Notes: generated by a model from the sequence alone, not told the origin. 64,000 bases of DNA from Tubulanus polymorphus (GCF_964204645.1 NC_134028.1:6572001-6636000); one strand, 5' to 3'; numbered from the stretch's first letter, positions 39,501 through 52,089 are shown. Translations and numbers: made by a program.

Positions 39501-41610
39501 CTGATAGATATTAACACGAGAAATGACAGGCATGATAAAGGATGCATGAAATACTTGAGTTATGGAGAACATCATCGGCTACAACGCATTTCTCTACCTG
39601 TTGATCGCTATGTCAGTGTCCGAGTTACTGGGCCGTCCAAAATCACGCATAAACGTACTGTTCAATTTGTTTAACCCTACAACGAACCAAATCGCAACTC
39701 ATAACTAATCGTTGCTTGTTTAATTTTTGCAAGAAATCTGTCAGATAGATTTATCTGTAATAATTTCATACCTTTGTCGTTGTAATCTCCATCGCGAAAA
39801 ACGCTCGAACTCAATTCGTATTCCTTCATTTTTGCCTGAAGATTAGAGATATCGCTGTTGTCGGTCGCGGCACGCCTTCCATATCTTGGCAGTTGACAGT
39901 AAGCTTGTCCAGTTTCGGTTTCAAAACTACGAATAATTGATAAGATACAATGGGAAAAAATAAAATCACCAATCGATATAATTTAGTTCGGGTGAATCGA
40001 TATGTCATCGTATTTATGTTTGTAGATGATTACCTAGTCGTATCAGTGCCCAGTGATACGTGGTTTACCGGACATGACGTCGTAATGGGCAGTTTAACTC
40101 TACATGTATTGATACGCGGGAATAAAGGACCGTTGCCGGCTGCCAATAGCTACGATGAAAAAAAGAGAAAAATCGCTTAGATTTTAACGAAAAATGTCTT
40201 TCGTTATTTTGTGGAGGGTGATTTCAGTATTTAGATTTTAAGATTTTTTACCTGATTTTCTTCGTAATTTGAAGAATATTCTGATTTTCTTGTTTGTTCC
40301 GTATTGTTGTAATGCGGGGACATATCCTTTAGGATGACAAAAAATGATGGAGGATACATAAGTACGGTACTTTAGCATGTTTTTGCGCTTTTCCCAACGA
40401 TCTTAGAATAAAACCTAAGGGACTGGCGAAAAGAAAACGTAAAATTCATAAGTTCGAGTACGTTTTTACGCTTTTACCAATAAGCTTTGGAACGAATCGT
40501 TTTCAATTGTTTTAGAGTCTATGGTTTAACCTAATAACGGGTTCGCTAGCGACAAGGCACTGGCTAGTTGGTTTGCAGAGATGCTAAAGCTAGGTGTCAA
40601 TTGATGGCTGATTTCACCACGTTCACAGGCCGCGGATAACGGACTTATCGCATTGTGAATAATTTACACTAAACTTGCTGACGGAAGAAAGGATGTTATA
40701 GCGAAGAAATTATTGAATTATTCAGACTATACGGCCTGGCTATACGTACCGACCAGTTGATGGCGTTGTCTGCCCGGAACACGTACGGCTACAATGACAT
40801 AAATGCTCAATTCATTAATATGCAAATGATATGCGAAAAATTTCACAGGTATCTGGTATTGGCCAAAAAACAAATTTTAAACTTCCAGGCAAAAAGTAGT
40901 TACGAGATTGAAGATCAACGACTTATTATTTGATTCTAATGATTTTATCAGGTTTTGCTAAGAACTATAATCAATTTTGCTTGCGTCAAAATTACCCTTT
41001 TCGATTCGTGTTTCGCGAAGTCGCTATTAGTAACAGACTTTTTGTAGCGGGCATCGTTTTCGACTCCATCGTCAAATTTGAAATGGCTTTCGAGCTGCAA
41101 TCGTAAGAGAAATGAGGAAATAGGTATCAAATAGAAGTTATTGTCAAGGTGGTTTTGTGTGTTCGAAAATATGGTTAGGAGCACTTACACAAGTATTGCC
41201 AGACGAAGCTGTCAGCGTTGGAATGTGGCCATATTTCCCCGTCTAGAAAATATGATTAGAAATATCAATGAATTCTTAGTATTAGAAAAAAACGTCTTCG
41301 GTTACATTGATACGATGGCATTGGTTGTGACGTTCCTTTTTTTCTCGGAATAGAATTACTCGGAAAATGATATCCACTCTTATCGTAAACAGAAAATCGT
41401 CGAAAACTACTATAAAAGTCTTACCGGAAAATCCAAAATCGGTTCGTAAAATTCGCGCGCTGTATTTTCGCCAATGTTATACTGACCATTCCTGAATACG
41501 TGACTTTTTGTCAAAATATCCTTCAGCGATTTGAAATCTTCCTTTCGCTGCGACCCGTACAAGTCGGTCCATCGCGATTTCAGTAAATTGTTCATTAAAA
41601 CCGAGGACAT
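36535..41610 (-). CDS. Uncharacterized 619-aa repeat protein, SAXO5/TEX45-like candidate microtubule inner protein; 15 exons
   Basis: Exons 41610-41425, 41094-40996, 40326-40252, 40149-40034, 39926-39772, 39676-39598, 39475-39321, 39216-39173, 38561-38460, 38333-38256, 38038-37930, 37813-37671, 37288-36960, 36827-36670, 36566-36535 join by GT-AG into one open 1860-nt frame. Minus-strand AATAAA near 36505 and 36465. Recurring [ST]H[FVI]xLGxD and S/T-x-x-x-x-D-F/Y motifs. The gene is well supported; the family call is inference. Confidence 0.8.
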
Positions 41611-41796
41611 ATTTACACGAATACACAGTACTCCAATAAACGTAATGTCTGTTTACCGGACCCAAACCCCTCCAAGTGATGACGCGAATCGGTTGATCAC
41701 ATGATATTTGTTTATAGATGCACGCGCGAATAATAAGATAATATTTGATGAGATTGTAGGATGACGAATGAAGTCGTCGTCGTAACCAAGAACACA

Positions 41797-41810
41797 GGAA
41801 CCATGGATAC
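41797..41810. promoter_or_regulatory. Candidate RFX X-box upstream of the SAXO-like gene
   Basis: GGAACCATGGATAC (reverse GTATCCATGGTTCC) is a near match to the palindromic X-box GTNNCCATGGNAAC, about 190 bp upstream of the ATG at 41610. Confidence 0.3.
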
Positions 41811-42355
41811 CCGTAGATCTCTATCACACTAAATACTGTTGTTGTTCTCACCTTCGATACAATATGTGCTTAGGTGAACAAATTAAAGTCGCTTCACGGG
41901 GAACAAATGATCATAAATCTTCATTTTATCGTGGAAAATATAGAAAATATACGCTAAATTGCCCCGTAAATATGTGAAATAGAATTATTCGGCGGTTCGT
42001 ATCGGTGATATTTGCGCAACTACAATCGGGGGGGGGGGGGGTGTTTTGGCTCTCGATCAACGGCTATGTTCCCGGTAGGCCACGTAGAAAAGCTGGTACC
42101 AATTTGTAAATTTAGCTCGCTTCTACCCGACTCCGGGCCTTGCCATATGGCCATCATCCACCGGAAAATGATCGATATTTCAAAAAGTCCGAATGTGCAG
42201 TTAATATGTTGATCGAAAATTATATATGGCCAAAATATGAGGATTTGCGTGAGCCAATTGCGTTTTAGTCGGTCACACATTCGTCGCCGACCGCCGGCTG
42301 CTAGACCGCGTTCCGCACAATTCTACCACTGGCAAGTGCGTCATAACCGACCGGT

Positions 42356-42530
42356 CACGATAGGTAAAACACAATATCCGTGTTGACGCGATGAGGAGAG
42401 AATCCCACAATGATAATAAAAATTCCGAAAATGAAACTTCGAGATAGTAGTTTATTCAACGTTTCGACTATATCCTAATAGTCATCTTCAGGAATAATGA
42501 GATACTACAGAAATTATGACAAATTATTAC
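42356..42530 (-). mobile_element. Short Penelope-like/retrozyme insertion carrying the hammerhead, with an 11-bp target-site duplication
   Basis: AACCGACCGGT occurs directly repeated at 42345-42355 and 42531-42541, bracketing the ribozyme. Confidence 0.7.
42452..42497 (-). ncRNA. Minimal type I hammerhead ribozyme (Penelope/retrozyme type)
   Basis: Minus strand: TTATTC-CTGAAGA-T-GACTAT-TAGGAT-ATAGTC-GAAAC-GTT-GAATAA. Intact CUGANGA/GAAA core, perfect 6-bp stem I and 6-bp stem II, palindromic ACGT helix III. Confidence 0.8.
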
Positions 42531-42689
42531 AACCGACCGGTGCTGCCACCATATCCTAGAACTATTTTTCCCGAGTACGCGTATATATATCGAATGTAGT
42601 TAGGTTTAGTCGCCATTGCTTCAGTTTTCATTGACGATTAAAAGAAATAATTTTTTGAAATTTCTATACAGAACATCTCGAAGTGAAGT

Positions 42690-44488
42690 ATGTGGGCGCA
42701 ACAGCAGCCAGCCCCTCCTGCAGCTGCAGCTGCACAATGGTACGTGATCATTAATCCGTATCTTTTTTTAACATAGATGATTAATGATAAAAATGTATGT
42801 TTTGCAATAATTGAATAGGCTATCGTCGTATCGAACGAAGTCGATGACGTTTCGCATTCGTACGATTCGAATATTCTCGAAAATCATCAAAGAAAATTGA
42901 CTCCAGCTGCAATAATAAATCAGTTTTAGGGGAACTGATTCTATTTTTGATGATATGATATTTATTCAGCCTTAAGCCATCCACCATATGTCTACCGCCG
43001 ATCCAAATCAGTTGCACTTGGAGTGTGTAGGATCTATTTCACATTTTGTTTCGGTCCTCCTTATTTATTACCGAAATGACGTAATTTACCGAGCTGACAT
43101 GAAATATAACATCGATTTTAACTCTTGAAATCATATTATATCAGTAATTAATGCCTGCTGGAGTCATATTTTACATATTTTGTCGAATATTTTTTTAGAA
43201 AAATAACTTTTAACTTAACCGAGATGAGATCGTCGATCAATCAAATTCAATGAAATTTTATTGCTAACCGAGATGACGTATTTAAAGTCAAAATTTTTTT
43301 TACAAAATATCTGGAAAAATATGTAAAATATGACTCTAGAAGGTATTTATTACTGATATAACATGATTTCAAGTGTTAAAATCGATAAGGAATAAATAAA
43401 TGTTATATTTCATTTCATCTCAGTAAATTACATCATCTCGGTAATAAGGATGACCCTTTTGTTTGGGCTAAACTCTGATCCATAGTCAGCCCTATACATT
43501 TGTAAACCTCATCATTTTGCTCGAAACAATTAAAGAATATGAAAATTTTAACCATAATTTGGTCTCCTATTCTGACACTTTGATAGCCTTTTCCTATAGT
43601 TTAAGAAGAGAATCCCGGTATGTACTTCCACTGCAGAATCATCATATCATGCAGATTAAACTTTTCTTTCAGGGCGCAACAGTTCAACAACGGTGGAAAT
43701 ATGCTGAACAATGCGGAAGGAAGCGTTTCGTCATCGGCGGACGGCGGAGACGCGTGGAAGAAAGCGCAGAAAGCCCTCGAGGCCGTGCAAAAACAAATGG
43801 GTAAAGTTTCGCAGGACGAAAAAAGCACGGCCGAGGCGAAACTATTTCAACAACAACAACAACGAATGATGGGTGGATACCCGGGCGGATTCCAACAACA
43901 GAGATATCCACCGGGTTATCCGGGATACCATCCTTATTCACCGAGAGGATATCCGATGTATCCCGGTCAATATCCACCCCCTAATAATGTAAGTCTACAA
44001 AACTGATGATTATGCTGAAATGAATACTTTTTCAAGGAAAGATTGTGGTCTTAGTTGGGAGCAGTGAAATATAGCCCGGTCTCGATTTGTTGGATCGGTT
44101 ATGAAACACTATTTGGCCGTCTGTTGCTCAATTGTTTGAAGTTCACCTGCCGATAAATGTCGACAAAAACTAGTCTTTATGAATTTATGATTCGGACCTG
44201 GAAAAGTCGGGGAATTTTGTAAAGAAGTAAGAAGTTTGGGAAATTTTGGCCTATTGAGATAATCAAACAGTTTCCGTATATGTTTGAAGATTTTTTGCAT
44301 TTAATTGATGGATACTTAGCAGAGGAAAGTCATCACCTGTGGTCACCCTGTTTAAGCGACCTTTGAGCAATTGAGCTGTATACGACTGGGCCCTGAAATT
44401 TGATGATATTACAGGCCTATTAGCTTTTCAGTGGCAGTTAAAATCTCATACAGGAATTTTTCGATTGATTTCAGGCGTGGGGATTTGG

Positions 44489-44521
<33 letters not shown>

Positions 44522-47500
44522 AAAAAAACACCACGATCAGAATGCCGGGAAAAACAATGAGACAGTCCCGGTACCACAGGGTCCACCACCACCTCCCCCT
44601 CCCTTGCCACCAGAGGAAAAATCGACCGGGGGAGTGGCTGGTGCAGGGCAAATGCGCTTCGGATTCGGGAATCGTCCGCCACGATTTGGGCAGAGGTCTC
44701 CGGGTAAGCTGGTTTGAATTTGCGGACTGTGGGTGCTATTGCTGAAGAGAGAGATTATATGTATCGCGAAGAAAGCAATGTGAATTCCTTAAAAACTCTG
44801 ATTGTAAATAGAACACTTTCTTCTTTTTTTTTCAGGAGGGCCAGGGTTCAGATTCAATAACCGCGGTGGGTTCGGGAACAGTCCACGAGGGGGAGGCTCG
44901 GGGGGTAGCGGGTATCAGAGTAGATGGAGTCAAATTCAACAACAAAGTCCCAAAAATAACAATAAATTTACGAATGATAACAATACTCGAGGACTGTTAG
45001 GCTCGACGGGGCATCAGACGGCACAGAATACTAACAATGAACAAACGCAAAAGAATTCAAATGCGACTAGTAGTAGTTCTAGTGGAGGGGTAGCCGGTGA
45101 ATGGCCTCAAGATCTCAAGTAAGTGTAATCCTATCTGGGACTAGTCCATATATTTTGCAACTTGATAATTATATAGTGACGCTTATACTATAGCCAGGCT
45201 GTTCAAAGCATGAAAATACACAAGTCAATCCATTTCAATTCCTAAAAAAGAAAGTTGAAATAGTGGTTCGACGATTTTAGGGCACTGGTGGAAAAATTAA
45301 TGCGTAAACGTTTGGCCTTTTCAGGGAGTTCGTGCAGCGCGCGTTTTCGATGGCGTCGAACGATTCCGAAAAAGACGACATCGAAAATTTCTTACGCGAA
45401 AAATTAACGCTAGCATTTAACAACGGTTCAGTTCATACTATTGACTGGGCGAATCACCCGATGCCATTGTAAGTTCATCAAACCGGCTTAATCAGGATCA
45501 GAGATTTTGATCTATATCATACTCCGGATAAATGCGTAAAACTGAATGCTTCTCTTCAATTTTAATTGACAGTAAAAGGAAAGCTCCGCCTTCGCAAGAT
45601 TTAGGTAAGTCACCGCGTAAGAAGGCGGGACGTTGGGACTCGGGTGGATTCATCAGCGGGCGTAACGTTTTCACTCGATCGAGGTCAAGGTCGAGAGATC
45701 GCTCGAAGTCGAGGTCGCCGTTGAATCGTCGGAAAGATGATCGGCACAGACGTAGGAGAAGTAGGTAGGTTGACGAGTGATGAATCAAAGCAAAAATATC
45801 TGATGGTGAATTACTGTTGGATCACCTGGGATGAATAGGTTTCTTACGACTCAAAAATCTACAAAATATATGAGTTATTAGTATAACCTACTTAATGCAG
45901 TTCATTTTTGGATTGAAGAAGATATTTTTATTGAATCTGGTTTTTTAAGAGAAATCCAGCTTGAAAATTGTATTCTATTTAAGCCTACATGATTTATATG
46001 TTAATGTATAAGTACGCTCTTACTAAATTCTGGATAAGATTAAAATATATTTTAAGATTTGCTTTAAGAACCAACGAAACATATTCAAATGGATGAGGAA
46101 TGATTTCTTCATTTGAAATTCACGCAATTTTGATGATATCTTTTCAGCGGAACGAGTTCATCTTACAGCGACGACGAGGACCGGGAAGCAACGCCTTCAA
46201 AGTTTGACCATGACAGGGTTCGAGGTCGGGGTAGGGGTAATCGTGGCGGCCGGGGACGAGGAGGAGGTCGGGGTGGTAAGGGTCGGGGCGGTCGGGGTCA
46301 GAGTTATAACGATATCGACAACGACGCCGACTTCGACGGCGAGAAGGATAAATTCACTCCGAATAAAAAAATGCAGAAAAACAAGAAAAAGAATCAAAAC
46401 GAGTAAGTATTAGTGTGAGCGATTGAAGATTTTGTTGTATATGTTGAATGAGTGTTACAGACAGAATTGTTGAACCTACTAATTATCTTGCCCTGGGATC
46501 GTTCCCAAAACCATGTTTCTCATTCCTCATGATGCATGATGCATGGAAAGACTAGGGAACACGTTTCCGTCTCATGTTTCCGTGTTTCCCTGCGTCATGG
46601 CATTGGGCTTAACCGCCGTGCTTAATGTTCTTAATACTATTTAGTGAAAATTAATCGCCGTAGGTGTGTGTCAATTAAGAGAAATTTTCGGAGAAAAAAG
46701 TACCGGTAATGAAGCTTGGTTCTTGGGCTTCCGTTGCGAGACCCTTGTTTTCATACTGTCTGTCAGCCTATGAGTCTGTCTTTCAGCAACTAAGTTTCGT
46801 TAATAATGTGTCGATCGAGGGGTCTAGTTGTGCAAAGAATGGGCCCAGTGCATCACCCAGCAGGTGAACTAGCACTGAAAACTGTTTTTCAGTGACAGTG
46901 GCCTGAATATGGTCTCAGGTTGGCTTGACAAAATTTAGCTATTGGCCCTAGATACAACTTTCAAAATACCGGTACATGGGAACTAACGCATGTGAATTTC
47001 ATTGCCTCAGCTCATGCATACATTAGTTATGATAGGTTCGAGTGCGAGCCTGGCTTTTCTCTAAATCACCAATGATTTAGGAATTGATCTGTAAAATGGT
47101 ATTTTCTTAATAATTGTTTCGTTTCAGAAATAAATTCACAGTCGATTATTCGGAGCATATAAAACAGCAGTTGTTGAAAAAACGAGCCGCGCGATTCGTC
47201 GATCATCTCCACGACGACGACGAACCGGACGACAAGCCCGTCGTCAAGCGCAAACAGCGGTTGTCGTTGGGGGCCAATCGAAACGCGATGAGAAGCGGCG
47301 GCGACGATGAGTTGGATTGGGAACGGATTCACATCGTCGGAACGTGTACGTCGTTAACGAAAAAATACCTCAGGCTCACCACCGTAAGTGAATCGACTTA
47401 ACAGATTTTAATTCGAAGCTTGTCTTATAAGAGAGCTCTGCCAGTCCCGTAGACGCATCCTCCCCTCGACATGGATTCTAACCTGATGGCGTCGCTAGAC

Positions 47501-50149
47501 TCAGCCACGGCATGGAACCCTGCCACACTAGACCGCACGGAAACTTGTGGCTCCAATCAGATAGCTTTTTGTTTAATCGCTCTTGCAAATTTCATGGATA
47601 AACTATAAATGTAAAAAACTTGGGCTAAATTAAAGCAGGATATTTGACGGGCTAATAATGACATCATCTAAGACAGTGTCGCTTTTTTGCCTTACAAAAT
47701 AGTTAAAAAATACTTTGAGCCTTCCTACGGTGAACCCTATAGTGCCGTTAATGGAATTGATGCTTATAGTTCTTTTTCACCCTCACTGATATTCGATTGT
47801 TTATTTACTACAGGCTCCGGACGCATCTACGGTTCGGCCCGTTCATATTCTACGTCAATCTTTAAACATGGTGAAAGAACATTGGAAACAAAATCAGGAC
47901 TATTTCTACGCGTGTGAACAGCTTAAATCTATCAGACAAGATCTAACGGTAAGTTAAAGAGATCACATTTTCGAGTAGAGTCGAAGCGAGAATTTTTTTT
48001 GCAAGTTTTTCATTTCGGTTATTTCAGGTTCAGTGTATAAGAAATGATTTCACGGTGATAGTTTACGAGACTCACGCTCGCGTCGCCATGGAGAAAGGCG
48101 ACCACGAAGAGTACAATCAATGTCAGACGCAGTTAAAAGCGTTATACAGCGAGGGCCTCAGTGGAAATCGAACGGAATTTACAGCCTATAGAATATTATA
48201 TTACATCTTCACCAAGAACAGTTTAGGTATCCTTTTGAAAAAAAGAGAGGCACAATTATTAAGAGATTTTGCCTTCCTATTTGATTTTTGCAACAATTCC
48301 ATTAACTGATGATTTCAATGTTTATGACCCTATACTCGTATAAAAGTTGAATTTCTAGACTTGAAAATGAGTACTTTTTTCGGGGTTGACTTTTACAAGA
48401 GAAAACTTTACTATCATGTTTATGCAGTATAAGGGTTGCTACTTTCCTGGAAATTGGGGAAAAGTCAGGGAATTTAATTTTCTTCAAAAAAAGTTTGGGA
48501 ATTTTTTTAAATAAGCTAAAAATCAGGGAAGATTGATGAGATAATTGGATTGTTTGTATATACAGTAATTCCGTCAACCGGGTATATCTTTCATATTTGA
48601 CTGCGTTAATTGATTGGGATCTTAGCAGATCAAGTCAGAGAAAACAACGAACGTGACAGGGAATAGTCAGGGATAAAGCTAATCAAATAAAATTGGCCAC
48701 TCTGGGTATGTTTTTTCGATTGACCGAGCCATGAATGTTATTCGTCGTTAACTCAATGTACTATAGATATGATCACGGTGTTACGATCATTATCGGAGAG
48801 CGATCACGAGGATATCTGTATCGCTCACGCCCTCGCCTTGCGTTCGGCGTGGCAGCTCAGTAATTATCATAAGTTTTTCAAACTCTACACGATAGCGCCC
48901 AAAATGTCCGGTTTCCTCGTCGATTGGTTCGTCGACCGAGAACGAATTCTAGCCCTGAAACTCATCGTCAAATCGTATGTATTTCCCGCGTATTTCTTTT
49001 CTGTCTTTATCGTTTCATTTATTCATTTATTCCTCGCTTACCAGGGCCGTCTCTTCGTCGCTTGGATCGATCGGTGGTGGCAGCCCTGGTATCAGCGAAC
49101 GAATGCATGCATGTTAGCGTGAATGTAGGTTTATTGAATTTCGCCCCTCCCTAAATATGCCATTTACAGAATTCCAGATAAATGGATGTATTGATTTCCT
49201 TGTATTCATCTCCGGAGGGGAGTTGTGTTCTACTATTATTGGGTCATTGATTAGCATTTCTTTGAAGTACATGTACTATGATGAGATAAAAGCTATTCGG
49301 CTGATACTTTCATTTATTATCTGTATCCAAGGTACTGGTAGTGCATTTAAATAGAATACATAGAATGAAGCTTCATTTTGTTCTTACTGTGTCCTTCCTT
49401 GCATCGTTTTGTTCTGATTCCCGTAAAGAAATGGTTGGCATGGAAGTTTAGGTTGACATTGTTGTTGAAGTCTTTTTGTCACCGACAACAAAGTATTTAC
49501 CATATTGGGTGCTACATTAATTTGAATTAATTGTTGGGTGATAAGTGGGTATTCTGTGCTCTGCTGTTTGAAAGTGTGTGTGTGTGGGGTGTGGGGGTGG
49601 GGGTGTGTGTGGGGGTGGGGGTGTGTCTGTATCGTCAATTGAGATATTGAATTAAAAAATTGTTTCTTTCAGCCACAAATATCAAATTTCAAATCTTATT
49701 CGACTAAAATAACTCAAATAATTCGAATTAGAAATAGCAAAAATTCATCTTCGCTTAACCAATACATTTTTTTTCTTCAAATAATTCCGAAAAATTTGCG
49801 CTCTGTAATCCGAAATGCTTTGTATTGACGCTTGCTAAAATTGAAAATCGTTTATTTAAGAATTTCTAGCCGCGGTAAGTATCTGGGTGGTTTTCATCTG
49901 AAGATGGATTGCCGGTGTATATTTATGTGTGTATGTATATATTTGTGTTAAGGTGTATTAATACGATATTGTTTTATCTGATATTCAAGGTTTCGACCAA
50001 CGGTACCGGTCAGTTACGTCTGTAAAGAGCTTGCATTTGAGTCGACGGAATTGTGCATAAAATTCCTCAAGGAAAAAGGTTCGCTGTTGACGCCCGACGG
50101 TCTGAAAGTCGATTGCAAGCTCAGCGTCTCCGGGGTGATGGCCTCGTAA
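42690..50149 (+). CDS. LENG8: Leukocyte receptor cluster member 8 homolog (SAC3/GANP/THP3 family), 808 aa, 12 coding exons
   Basis: Exons 42690-42739, 43673-43988, 44475-44703, 44836-45118, 45325-45468, 45573-45764, 46148-46402, 47128-47383, 47814-47948, 48028-48226, 48767-48974, 49990-50149 are phase-consistent (2427 nt). Motifs: [12 protein letters not shown]-rich N-terminus, EWPQDLKEFVQRAF...IDW, RS and RGG tracts, [68 protein letters not shown]. Confidence 0.96.
43065..43447. mobile_element. Foldback/MITE with roughly 150-bp inverted arms in the first coding intron of LENG8
   Basis: ttattaccgaaatgacgtaatttac...gagtcatattttacatatttt is the reverse complement of aaaatatgtaaaatatgactc...gtaaattacatcatctcggtaataa. 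Confidence 0.75.
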
Positions 50150-51438
50150 AAAAAATCGGCTCGGCGACTGCCGCGATAACGACCGCTCACTCGTGAGTCG
50201 TTGTTATGCCGAGATGGTCGAACGTATCGCCCTGCCACCAAACGTCTCGTACCACTCCTCTATCCATAATGATGGTCATCCATGTGTATGATAAACGTCA
50301 TTCATTGCCGCGTCAATTGGCCGGGTTTTTGAATGAGTAGTTCTTCTGGCTATGATTGAACTAATATATTGTCACCTGTTTTAATAATTCGTTATCACTT
50401 CGGCATCGGTCAATATCTCCGCCTTCTGTTTGATGTTGTTCTTTATTATCATGTGTGAAGATTTCAGAAAAAGAAATTACGACCGTATCGTGCGCCTATT
50501 ACGTTTCATTGTGCGAGTAACGCTGATGATATTGTGCCTAAACTGAATCTGCAGAATGTTTCTGATACGGCTAGCGATTACTGGATGTTGTGATGACTTA
50601 GACTTTGTGATGAAACATTGTACCGGACTTACAATGCTCCTAATACAATAGTGTTGATAACTTTTGATATTGTGCTACAATACATCATTCTGGATTGCGT
50701 GATAATGACATCGGATTAGATTTAAGTGTATTACTGAGTTGTGTCTAATGGTGACTAGGAACTTGCTACGTCATTGGATACAAACTGTTGCTGATGAATA
50801 TTGGATTTTGTGATTTAGTGGGAACTGATAATAGATGAATTGGGATGAAATAGATGAATAGATGAAATTTCCTGTTAATGTTGATATTTATATATTACGA
50901 GAAATGTATTATCGATTGTAATGATTGAAACTGGCTGTCGTGATACCAGATGTACGGTTTGAATATTCCGTTTCATTTCGAAAAACATAAGCATCATCGG
51001 ATTTCGTGTTGATCAGCTACGACACCAGTTTCAATCAGTAAATTATTAGCTATGGATGTTTGTTAGATGTGAATATTTGGTCAGGGGTGGGTCGTCGGTT
51101 CTTTTTTACCGACGAATCATGGACTTTGTGAATTGTTGCGCGAATGGAAAATCGGACTTCGAATTGTTGCAAATTGTTGCGCTGAATTACTGCTGGACAT
51201 TTTATTGGGGATTATATATTAGTTTTCGATGAACTTGAAGACTCATAAGTCGATGTGTAATATTATTGACGGATACACCGCTGTGGATCGGCAAATAACT
51301 TTTTCTGCGCGTGTTCTCTACAAGTTCGATTATGTTCATTTAACTTTACGCATGTATGGATTGAGACTGTGATATGTGAAACGTTTGATTCGTTTGATTT
51401 CTTCAGTTGCAGAGAAAAATCGTCTTATCGTTTTCGTC

Positions 51439-51498
<60 letters not shown>
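51439..51498 (+). repeat. (GAT)20 microsatellite in the probable LENG8 3' UTR
   Basis: Read directly from the sequence. Confidence 0.95.
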
Positions 51499-52089
51499 AT
51501 ACGTAGTGTAGTTGTGTGTGACGGCGTGAATGTGTTCACTCACCTGCCAGTGTAAGCTTTCACATGTGTGCGTGTGTACCACTCGGTGAATTTCCAGGAG
51601 CCCGGTCGACTTCCTCGCCTTGGTAAAACAGAAAGTTCCGAGTCGGCCTCTACAGTCGAAAGCCAGCTCATCCCAGCCATTGATAGATGTAGTTATTTAT
51701 GTCTTTCGCCATCGGAAATTGATGATGTTAATGAAAATTTTTCTTCCAGTTTTTGATTACCGATATATATATTTTTTCGAAATTTTTCTTTCGTAGTGGA
51801 TGAATTTCTCTTTTTTTCAGGAAACAGTTTTTCGAAAAACAAAAAAAAAAACAATCATTGTCGGCCATTGAATGGTTGCGTATCTTTATTACCGGTATTT
51901 CACATGTACGTGCATTATTTGCTTTCACACACATTTTTGGATGATGATTTAAGTCTTTATAGAATTTGTTGTAAAATCCAAAAGCAGGTTCTGAACCAAG
52001 GTAATATTATCTATAAAATGTAAATTGCCCATGTATTTTGACCATTGTTTTCCTTATTTGACTAGTTAGAAAACGTGTATATATAAACA

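Noticed and set aside
50520-50870. Cluster of TGATGA and CTGA motifs suggesting C/D-box snoRNAs
   Set aside because: It lies in an exonic 3' UTR, and no terminal stems or recognisable rRNA-antisense elements were found. It is compatible with a GAT-rich UTR.
51336-51539. Poly-Ser ORF, and similar antisense ORFs over LENG8 exons and MITEs
   Set aside because: These are by-products of the (GAT)n repeat, of opposite-strand coding exons, or of palindromic repeats.
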